Below are positions 46,365 through 54,353 of a DNA stretch of 64,000 bases, piece by piece. The stretch comes from an uncultured delta proteobacterium (GTDB lineage Bacteria; Myxococcota; Myxococcia; Myxococcales; Myxococcaceae). The translations under genes and the position numbers were made by a program. The notes beneath the pieces are model-generated. The model was given only the letters and a program-made list of their open reading frames with translations. It ran no database searches and was not told where the DNA came from. Position 1 is the first letter of the stretch; every line of letters begins with the position of its first letter. The stretch is from positions 288,001 through 352,000 of the forward strand of contig CAVQKE010000001.1 of assembly GCA_963713045.1 (NCBI GenBank), in the 5' to 3' direction.

Positions 46365-47765
46365 ATGGCACTCCAGCTGCTGCTGTGGTCCCTGGTTCTC
46401 TCCTCGCCGGGCGCGGGAAGCGTCCGGACGCTGCGCGTCGATTTCTTCCACACCGGCGACGCCACCCGGGAACTCTTCAGCCTCGAGCGCTTGGTGATTG
46501 AGCCGACACCCTGGCCGGGAAACCCACTCCGCCCACTCGACGACACCGGCCTGGGGAATTACTTCTTTGAGGTGCGCGATGTGGCCACTGGCGCACTGCT
46601 GTACTCGCGCGGTTACTCCAGCATTTATGGCGAATGGGAAGACACCGCAGCGGCGAAGCAGCAGGTGCGGACGTTCGCCGAGTCTCTCCGCTTCCCACTT
46701 CCGACAAACAAGGTCGAGGTGACAGTCAAAAAGCGGACCGACTCCAAGCCCTTCGTCCAGGTTTGGACTTTCAGCGTCGATCCCCATTCGAAGGAGATTG
46801 ATGCGACGCCGCCGCCCTCCCCCGGGCCCTTGATGCGCCTTCTGGTGAATGGGCCGCCCTCGACCAAAGTGGACTTACTGATGCTGTGCGACGGCTACAC
46901 GTCCGCAGAGCGGGTGGACTTCGAGCGCGACGCGCGTCGGTTGATGGCCGTGCTGTTCACCACCTCACCGTTTAAAGAGCGGCGAAGTGACTTCAACGTC
47001 TGGGGCCTCTGTGCGCCTTCGGCCGTCTCCGGCATCTCCCGTCCGTCGACCGGTGTTCACCGCCGCTCGCGGGTGGGGGCCACCTATGACGCCTTCGGGA
47101 GCGAACGGTACATCCTCACCTTCGACAACCATTCCTTCCGCGAAGTCGCTGCCTTTGCTCCGTACGACTTCGTCGAGATTCTCGTCAACTCTCACACCTA
47201 CGGCGGAGGCGGCATTTTTGGCCTCTACGCAACGGCGGCGGCCAAGAGCCGGTGGGCTCCGTACCTCTTCGTGCACGAGTTTGGCCACCACTTCGCCGGA
47301 TTGGCCGACGAGTACTTCACCAGCCAAAGCACCTTGCTGCCGCAGCAGGGGCGCCCTGAACCGTGGGAGCCCAACGTCACCGCCGAGAGCGAATTGGCCA
47401 AACTCAAATGGAGAGCGCTGGTCACACCCGACACGCCCATCCCCACGCCCTGGAAAAAGCAGCAGTTCGAGGCACGCGACCGCGAGCTACAGGCCATTCG
47501 CAAAAAGATTCGCGCCGAGGAGCGGCCGGAGACGGAGATGGATGCGCTGTTCCAACAGTCCAAGGAAGAATTCAGCGCGCTTCTCGACCACGACACCTAC
47601 AGCCACCGGGTCGGCGCCTTCGAGGGGGCGATGTACGAGTCCACCGGCTACTATCGACCCGAAGAGGACTGCATCATGTTCCTCCGCAACGACGTACCCT
47701 TCTGCCGGGTGTGTCAAAACGCCATCTCCCGGGTCATCGACCTCTACAGTGGGGGCCCGCACTAG
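46365..47765 (+). CDS. Peptidase M64 (IgA-peptidase-like) secreted metalloprotease
   Basis: TLRVDFFHTG, YGGGG, HEFGHHFAGLADEY, CIM...FCRVC. Confidence 0.9.
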   Translation: MALQLLLWSLVLSSPGAGSVRTLRVDFFHTGDATRELFSLERLVIEPTPWPGNPLRPLDDTGLGNYFFEVRDVATGALLYSRGYSSIYGEWEDTAAAKQQVRTFAESLRFPLPTNKVEVTVKKRTDSKPFVQVWTFSVDPHSKEIDATPPPSPGPLMRLLVNGPPSTKVDLLMLCDGYTSAERVDFERDARRLMAVLFTTSPFKERRSDFNVWGLCAPSAVSGISRPSTGVHRRSRVGATYDAFGSERYILTFDNHSFREVAAFAPYDFVEILVNSHTYGGGGIFGLYATAAAKSRWAPYLFVHEFGHHFAGLADEYFTSQSTLLPQQGRPEPWEPNVTAESELAKLKWRALVTPDTPIPTPWKKQQFEARDRELQAIRKKIRAEERPETEMDALFQQSKEEFSALLDHDTYSHRVGAFEGAMYESTGYYRPEEDCIMFLRNDVPFCRVCQNAISRVIDLYSGGPH

Positions 47766-47779
47766 CGGCGCGCACCAGA

Positions 47780-48169
47780 GTGCTCTTCACCCGCTACCTT
47801 CTCGTCGCGCTCGGTGGCGCCCTAGGCTCGGCCGGCCGCTACTGGGTGGGCGGTTGGGCCCCGCGCATGCTCGGCCCGGCTTTCCCGTACGGAACGCTGC
47901 TGGTCAACCTGCTCGGCTCGTTCTTCATCTCGCTGGTGATGGGGGTGGCCCTCCAGACCACCTCCATCCCGGTGAACCTACGACTCTTTCTCACCACCGG
48001 CTTTCTGGGGGGCTTCACCACCTATTCAACCTTCAACTACGAGACGCTGGTGCTGCTGCAGCAGAAGCTGTGGCTGGCCGCGGGGTTCAACGTCGCCGAG
48101 ACCCTCCTCGGCTGCCTCATCGCCGGGCTTCTGGGCTTGTGGGTCGCCCGGCTGGTGACGGGAACGTAG
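47780..48169 (+). CDS. crcB: Fluoride efflux channel Fluc/CrcB
   Basis: GGALGSAGRY, FPYGTLLVN, TGFLGGFTTYSTF. Confidence 0.93.
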   Translation: MLFTRYLLVALGGALGSAGRYWVGGWAPRMLGPAFPYGTLLVNLLGSFFISLVMGVALQTTSIPVNLRLFLTTGFLGGFTTYSTFNYETLVLLQQKLWLAAGFNVAETLLGCLIAGLLGLWVARLVTGT

Positions 48170-48275
48170 GCAAACTCCCGATTGGCCTTCCCCGCGCTTA
48201 GGCTACGTCTTAGAGAGGACGACCTCTTGACTGGGAGTGCGGGCGGGCTGGCACGCCCTGGTGTCCGGAGACCGT

Positions 48276-48662
48276 ATGCCTGACGCTGAGTCCATTCGTG
48301 CCGTGCTGTCTGCGCTGACCGCTGCCTGGCGGTCTGGCCGGACGGTGGACGTCGGGGTGCTGTTGCACCCGTCGGTCGTCTTCGTCCGCCCCGGCTTCAC
48401 CGAACGTGCGGAGGGCCGTGCCGCCTGCGTCGCCACCTACGAGGAGTTTCTCTCCGCCGCGCTGGTGCTGCGGTACGAGGAGACGGAACCGTCCGTCGAC
48501 GTCTTCGGCGACACGGCCGTGGCCTCCTTCCACTGGGAGATGGACTGGGAAATGGGCGGCCAGCGGTCCGAGGAGGCTGGGCACGACCTCTACGTGCTGG
48601 TGCGAACCGAGGGACGCTGGCTCATCGCCTGGCGAACACTGCTGCCAGCAGCGTCGGCGTGA
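48276..48662 (+). CDS. NTF2-like (DUF4440/SnoaL-like) protein
   Basis: LLHPSVVFV...VDVFGDTAV...GRWLIAW. Confidence 0.75.
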   Translation: MPDAESIRAVLSALTAAWRSGRTVDVGVLLHPSVVFVRPGFTERAEGRAACVATYEEFLSAALVLRYEETEPSVDVFGDTAVASFHWEMDWEMGGQRSEEAGHDLYVLVRTEGRWLIAWRTLLPAASA

Positions 48663-48667
48663 AGGCG

Positions 48668-50239
48668 CTAAAGCAGCGCCGCCTCAGCCAGCGTGCGGTA
48701 AGCAGCCACCTGGCTGTTCTGCCAAGCCTCATCCCGCCCCAGCTCGCGCGCCAACAGCTGCGCCACCAGCGGCGCGCATTCCGCCGAAGCGCGTGCGTCC
48801 AAGAGAAGGGCGCGCGTGCGGCGGGCGAGGACGTCGTCCACCGTCCGGGCCATCTCGTGCCGGGCTCCCCAGACCACCTCAGCCCGGAGATAGGGGAGCC
48901 GCGGGTGCAGTAAGCCGGCGAGCTCCGGTTGACGCGTCGCCAGCGCCCGCAGTGCCAAGGCTTCGGTTCCATAGCTGGCCAGCGGCCCGGCGGGGACGCC
49001 AACCGCGGAGAGGGTCGCCTCTTCGGGGGCGCCATGCAGCCGCAGCTCAGCAGTCCGCGACGGGACCGCCGGCAGTCCCGCCACCTCCGCGGCTCGCTTG
49101 ATGACGTCCTCGGCCATCTTTCGGTAGGTGGTCCACTTCCCGCCGACAATCGTCACCAAGCCGCTGGGCGAGGTGAAGACATGGTGGTCGCGTGACAGAT
49201 TGGCCGTGCCCTCGCCCTCTTCATCCGGCGGCCGCACGAGCGGGCGCAGTCCGGCGTACACCGACAGCACGTCGGCCGGCCCCGGGTCCTTCACCAAGTA
49301 CCGCGCGGCATGGTCGAGGAGAAACGCCACTTCCTCCGCCAACGGCTTGGGCTCCTCGACCGCCTCCTTCACTGGCGTGTCCGTCGTCCCGACCACCGTC
49401 CGGCCGTGCCAGGGTAGAACGAAGAGAACCCGTCCATCGTCCGTTCTCGGCACCACCAAGGCATGGGTGCCAGGCAGAAAGGAGTTGGGCAACACCAGAT
49501 GGATGCCCTGAGAAGGAGAAACGGTGGGCCTGGCGTCAGGATTGTCCAGGCGGCGAATGCGGTCGGCGAAGACGCCGGTGGCGTTGACCACCACCGAGGC
49601 GCGGATGGTGTGCGCACGCTTGGACTCGGCGTCGAGGACCTGCACCCCTTCCAGCCGCCCGGCGCGTTTGAGGAGACCAGTCACCGGGGCCTGATTCAAG
49701 AGGGTCGCGCCGAGGTCGCTCGCGGTGAGGGCCAGCGTCACCGCCAGCCGGGCGTCGTCGAATTGGCCATCCACGTAAAGGATGCCGCCCTTGAGTTGTT
49801 CCGGCTCCAGGGTGGGGAGCGCCGCCAGGACGGCTTCCTTGTCGAGGGAGCGGCTGCTGCCCAGCCGAAAGCGCCCGGCGAGCAAGTCATAGAGCTTGAG
49901 CCCCACCCCGTAGTACGGCCCCGACCACCAGGCATAGGCCGGGACGATGAAGGCCAGGTCCCCCACCAGGTGGGGCGCGTTGCGCCGGAGGCGGCCGCGT
50001 TCGCGCAGCGCCTCGCGGACCAGGCCGACGTTGCCCTGCGCCAGGTACCGGACCCCTCCATGAACCAGCTTGGTGGAGCGGCTTGAGGTTCCTTTGGCGA
50101 AGTCGTGCGCCTCGACGAGAACCGTGCGGTAGCCTCGCGCAGCACTTTCCACCGCCGCCCCGAGGCCGGTCGCGCCTCCGCCGATGATTGCGACATCAAA
50201 GCGTTCGTTTAACCGGTCAAGATTCTGGGCACGGTCCAT
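48668..50239 (-). CDS. glpD: FAD-dependent glycerol-3-phosphate dehydrogenase/oxidase
   Basis: IGGGATG, DFAKGTSSRSTKLVHGGVRYL, DGQFDDAR, GGKWTTYRKMAE. Confidence 0.93.
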   Translation of the reverse strand: MDRAQNLDRLNERFDVAIIGGGATGLGAAVESAARGYRTVLVEAHDFAKGTSSRSTKLVHGGVRYLAQGNVGLVREALRERGRLRRNAPHLVGDLAFIVPAYAWWSGPYYGVGLKLYDLLAGRFRLGSSRSLDKEAVLAALPTLEPEQLKGGILYVDGQFDDARLAVTLALTASDLGATLLNQAPVTGLLKRAGRLEGVQVLDAESKRAHTIRASVVVNATGVFADRIRRLDNPDARPTVSPSQGIHLVLPNSFLPGTHALVVPRTDDGRVLFVLPWHGRTVVGTTDTPVKEAVEEPKPLAEEVAFLLDHAARYLVKDPGPADVLSVYAGLRPLVRPPDEEGEGTANLSRDHHVFTSPSGLVTIVGGKWTTYRKMAEDVIKRAAEVAGLPAVPSRTAELRLHGAPEEATLSAVGVPAGPLASYGTEALALRALATRQPELAGLLHPRLPYLRAEVVWGARHEMARTVDDVLARRTRALLLDARASAECAPLVAQLLARELGRDEAWQNSQVAAYRTLAEAALL

Positions 50240-50305
50240 CGGCGCGCCCGGCACTCTACCCTCTTCCCTAACGCCCTCGAGCTGTCGCAAAGTACAAACG
50301 TCACC

Positions 50306-50623
50306 ATGGACATCCCCCCGGCTCCTCCCTTTCGCCTTCCTTCGGACCGCACCCGCGTCACCCACGAGCCGGATGAGCTTGGAAAGTGGACTCCCCTTTT
50401 CCCGGACGTGATGGGACCTCATCAATTCGGTGGTGGAGACGTCCCCAAGGACTTCGACTGGCCCTCCAACCCCAAGGAATGGCAAGAGGAGTTGAGCAAC
50501 AGCGAGCTGCGCCGCGAGGCCGAGGCCCATGGCGCGCTCGGCCCCCCCGGCGAGTTGCCGACGCTCGCCCCGGCATCCGTTCTGCAAGCGCTGCCTGCTG
50601 GCCTGCCCAGCGGGGACCTCTAA
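50306..50623 (+). CDS. Hypothetical Pro/acidic small protein
   Basis: 105-aa ORF filling the gap between glpD and the TauE gene. GC-rich third positions. No family recognised. Confidence 0.45.
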   Translation: MDIPPAPPFRLPSDRTRVTHEPDELGKWTPLFPDVMGPHQFGGGDVPKDFDWPSNPKEWQEELSNSELRREAEAHGALGPPGELPTLAPASVLQALPAGLPSGDL

Positions 50624-50661
50624 GGTTCCGCACGCGTCGACTGCACCAACTCAAGGCCCTG

Positions 50662-51447
50662 TTAGCGCACCAGCGTCGCCACCCCAGTGACCAGGCCGAT
50701 GACGACCACCACCCAGCGGACCGGTCTCTGGCCGATGCGCTGGGCCAGTCGCGCTCCGGCCCAACCTCCGAAAATGGCACCGACCGCCATCAGCGCGGCG
50801 AGCCGCCAGAAGACCAGTCCCGCGGCGATGAACGTCAACGCGGCCGTCAGGTTGATGAAGGCGGCACCAAAATTCTTCAGGGCGTTCATCTGGTGAATGT
50901 TGGTGAGCCCGGCAAGTCCGAGCTCGGCCAACATGAGGATGCCCATTCCAGCTCCAAAAAAGCCGCCGTACACCGACACCAGGAAGTGGACTGCCGCGAC
51001 GCCCCAGATGCTGCGTCCGGCAAGGGCGGCAGGGGCGTGGCCCTCCGCTGCCCGGCGCTCGCGCCATAGCCGCAGTGGCTCCTGGAGGATGAACAGAACG
51101 GTCGAGCCGATGATGAGGCCCGGCACCAGGCGACGAAACAGTGCGTCACCAGCCACCGCCACCAGGGCAGCACCCACGCCACCCCCGAGGACACTGGCGA
51201 CGATGAGAAACGTCACCAAGCGTGCGCTGTGCTCCCCCAACTCGCGCCGGAAGGTCAGCCCCGAGGTGAACGAGCCTGGTACCAGCGCGACGGCGTTGGT
51301 GGCGTTGGCCATCACTGGGGAAACTCCGGCCGCCAGCAGCGAGGGAAAGGTGAGAAGCGTTCCCCCGCCGGCGATGGCGTTCATCACCCCGGCGCCCACC
51401 GCCGAGGCAAAGAGCAAACTCAGGCCCAAAAAGGAGAGATGCTCCAA
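50662..51447 (-). CDS. TauE/SafE (sulfite exporter) family membrane protein
   Basis: NAIAGGGTLLTFP, ANATN, YGGFFGAGMG, NALKN. Confidence 0.88.
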   Translation of the reverse strand: MEHLSFLGLSLLFASAVGAGVMNAIAGGGTLLTFPSLLAAGVSPVMANATNAVALVPGSFTSGLTFRRELGEHSARLVTFLIVASVLGGGVGAALVAVAGDALFRRLVPGLIIGSTVLFILQEPLRLWRERRAAEGHAPAALAGRSIWGVAAVHFLVSVYGGFFGAGMGILMLAELGLAGLTNIHQMNALKNFGAAFINLTAALTFIAAGLVFWRLAALMAVGAIFGGWAGARLAQRIGQRPVRWVVVVIGLVTGVATLVR

Positions 51448-51464
51448 GAACGGTCTGCCGCCGG

Positions 51465-52856
51465 CTAGCTAATTGGGTCGCGCTGGGCGAGGGCGTTGTA
51501 GGTGGCGTACTTGTACGTCTCGGACAGCGTCGGGTAGTTGTAGCAGCTCTCGATGAAGAGCTGCGCGGTTCCGCCCAGCAGGATGGCGGTCAAACCAATG
51601 TGCACCAACTCCGAGGCAGCCTCCCCCATCACATGGACGCCCAGGAGCTTCATGTCCTCGCGGCGGAAGATGAGCTTCAAGAAGCCGCCCCCGTCGCCGA
51701 TGATTTGGCCGCGGGCGTTGGTGGCATAGGAGGCGCGGCCCACAATGTAAGGGACCCCCAGCTTTTGCAGGGACTCCTCAGTCTCGCCCGCCATGGACAG
51801 CTCGGGGATGGTGTACAGGCCATAGGGCAAGGTCGGCGCAAGGGCGTCCTTGGCGTACAGCGAGAAGGCATGGGCCATCGCCACGCGCGCCTGCTCCATG
51901 GCAGTGGAAGCCAGGGCCGGAAACCCAATGATGTCACCGGCGGCATAAATGTGAGGCACCGATGTCTGGAAGTGCTGGTTGACTTGGATTCGGTCGCGCT
52001 CTGCTATGACCACCCCCGCCTCCTCCAACCCGAGGTTGCGGCTGTTGGCGGCACGCCCCATGGCGACCAACACTGCGGCCGCCTGGACCGACTCGCCGCT
52101 CTTGAGCCCTAAGGTGATGCGCCCCTCCTCGACGTCCACCGCTTCGACGGCGTCGGGCATCCTGAAGTGCACACCCAAGTCACTCATTCGGTCCTGAAGC
52201 CGCTGCGACATTTCGCTGTCGAGAAAATTCAGCAGCGGCGAGCGCGGCTCAACCAACGTCACCGGGATGCCCAGCGCGGCGAAGGTGCACGCATACTCGC
52301 AGCCAATGACGCCGCCTCCCACCACCACCAGCGAATGCGGGACCTCCTCCATTTGAAGGATGGTGTCCGAGTCGTAGATGCCGGTCGCTCCGAAGGGGAA
52401 CAGCGGCGGGTGCAGGGGGCGCGAGCCGGTGGCCACCAGCACCACGTCGCCGGTCATCCTCTCCTCATACCCGGGCCGGCGAACGACTACCGTGTGCGGG
52501 TCCACCAGTCGGCCCTTGCCCTGAAAGACGTCCACGCCATGCGACTGCATGTTTTGCTGGACCCGGACGCTTTCCTCCTGGGAAACGGCACGCTCTCGGA
52601 AGAGGAGGTCTCGGACGCCGGCGCGGTGGGAGAGGTTCATCTCCACGCCGAACAGTCCGCGCTGACGGAAGCCGGACAAGTAGAGCGCAGTCTCGCGAAG
52701 CGTCTTGCTTGGCAGCGTTCCGGTATTGGCGCCAGCGCCGCCGAGAACGGGCCGCCACTCGATCAGCGCCACCTTCTTCTTGAAGTACCCCGCCTGGGCG
52801 GCGCCCTTCTCTCCTGCGGGACCCGAACCGATGACAATTAAGTCGTAGTGCGCCAT
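51465..52856 (-). CDS. sthA: Soluble pyridine nucleotide transhydrogenase
   Basis: YDLIVIGSGPAG, TGTLPSKTLRE, GGGVIGCEY, LYTIPE, NYPTLSETYK. Confidence 0.88.
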   Translation of the reverse strand: MAHYDLIVIGSGPAGEKGAAQAGYFKKKVALIEWRPVLGGAGANTGTLPSKTLRETALYLSGFRQRGLFGVEMNLSHRAGVRDLLFRERAVSQEESVRVQQNMQSHGVDVFQGKGRLVDPHTVVVRRPGYEERMTGDVVLVATGSRPLHPPLFPFGATGIYDSDTILQMEEVPHSLVVVGGGVIGCEYACTFAALGIPVTLVEPRSPLLNFLDSEMSQRLQDRMSDLGVHFRMPDAVEAVDVEEGRITLGLKSGESVQAAAVLVAMGRAANSRNLGLEEAGVVIAERDRIQVNQHFQTSVPHIYAAGDIIGFPALASTAMEQARVAMAHAFSLYAKDALAPTLPYGLYTIPELSMAGETEESLQKLGVPYIVGRASYATNARGQIIGDGGGFLKLIFRREDMKLLGVHVMGEAASELVHIGLTAILLGGTAQLFIESCYNYPTLSETYKYATYNALAQRDPIS

Positions 52857-53009
52857 GGGAAGGGCCAGACGCTAGGCGAGGCCGTGGCGACACTCAACGA
52901 AAGGACGCCAACCAGACGGTGACGGGGCGGCGACACTTTCGCTGGCCAAGGGGGGCCCCTGGCGTGGGGGCATTTCGGAGGAGGGTGCACCGGCGAGGCC
53001 AAGGGGAGT

Positions 53010-54353
53010 ATGACGCCCGTTGAAAGCGGCACCCGGAGCATGTCCTTCCCCCCGCTGGCCGACGCGCTGGCCCCAGCACTCGAAAGCCTCGAGCAGGGAC
53101 TGTTGCGCCTTCACCACCTCAGGCCTTCGGTTGTCATGGGACGCCGCCCGGTGCACGTGCTGTACGGAGGTGCGCACCTGTTTTCCGCGCGGAGCTTGGC
53201 CCGCATTCGTGAGATTGCTCGGGCCGCTCTCGACACCTATGCGCCCGACGGAACCACCTTTGCCTGGGCGCTCGGCCTCTCACTTGCCCCCGACGCTGCC
53301 ACCCAGCTGCGCAACCGGGTGGTGGAGAAGCTCGAGCACGAGCCGTTGGAGGATTACCGGGTCGACTTCGAAGATGGCTACGGAGTTCGCCCCGACGCGG
53401 AGGAGGATGCTCACGCCGACGCGGTGGGAGCAGCCTTCGCCGAGGCCGGCCGGTCGGGAGCGCTGCCGCCCTTCGTCGGTATCCGCATCAAGTCCTTCAC
53501 CTCCCCCACCTCGGCGCGCCGTGCACTGCGCACCTTGGAGCGGGTGTTTCAGGCAGCAGCGCCAGGGGGCTGCCCGCCTGGCTTCGCCGTCACCCTGCCC
53601 AAGGTGTCTCTGCCCGAGCAGGTCCACCTGCTGGTGCATGCCCTGGCCGCGGTGGAGGCCCGGGCCGGATGGCGGAATGGATGCGTGGCGCTGGAATTGC
53701 TGGTGGAAACGCCGCAGGCGCTGATTGCTCCGGATGGGGTGGTGGGGGTGCCTCGGCTGCTGGCCGCCGCCGGCGCCCGTTGCCGTTCTCTTCACCTCGG
53801 CCCGTATGACTTGAGTGCGTCGCTCGGCATCACCGGGGCTCGCACCACGCTGGCCCACCCGGCGCTGGACCTGGCCCGACGCCTTCTCGTCTTGGCAACT
53901 TCCGGGACGTCCGTCTCCGTTTCGGACGGCCCCACCACCGTCCTCCCCGTGGCGCCGCACCGTGGCGAAAACCTGAGTAAGGAAGCGCAGGCCGAAAACC
54001 GCCGCGCAGTGCATGCCGGGTGGCGGCGCACGGCAGAGGACGTCAAGCGGGCCCTGGAGGACGGGGTTTTCCAAGGGTGGGACCTGCACCCGGCCCAGCT
54101 GCCAGCGCGCTTTGGCGCCCTTTTCGCCTTCTTTCAGTCAGAGCTCGAACCGGCGGGAGCCCGCTTGCGTTCCTTCTTGGACCGCGCTGCACAAGCCAAC
54201 CGGCTGGGGGTGATGTTTGACGACGCGGCCACCGCGCAGGTGCTGCTGAATACCTTCCGCCGAGCCCTGGCCTGCGGCGCGGTGACACCCCTGGAAGTCG
54301 AGCACGCCACTGGGCTGTCTGTGGAGCAGCTCGTCGAGATGCGCTTTCGCTAG
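53010..54353 (+). CDS. HpcH/CitE-like TIM-barrel lyase (DUF6986-like)
   Basis: VHVLYGGAHLF, DFEDGYG, TLPKV, ETPQ, QGWDLHPAQ. Confidence 0.75.
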   Translation: MTPVESGTRSMSFPPLADALAPALESLEQGLLRLHHLRPSVVMGRRPVHVLYGGAHLFSARSLARIREIARAALDTYAPDGTTFAWALGLSLAPDAATQLRNRVVEKLEHEPLEDYRVDFEDGYGVRPDAEEDAHADAVGAAFAEAGRSGALPPFVGIRIKSFTSPTSARRALRTLERVFQAAAPGGCPPGFAVTLPKVSLPEQVHLLVHALAAVEARAGWRNGCVALELLVETPQALIAPDGVVGVPRLLAAAGARCRSLHLGPYDLSASLGITGARTTLAHPALDLARRLLVLATSGTSVSVSDGPTTVLPVAPHRGENLSKEAQAENRRAVHAGWRRTAEDVKRALEDGVFQGWDLHPAQLPARFGALFAFFQSELEPAGARLRSFLDRAAQANRLGVMFDDAATAQVLLNTFRRALACGAVTPLEVEHATGLSVEQLVEMRFR

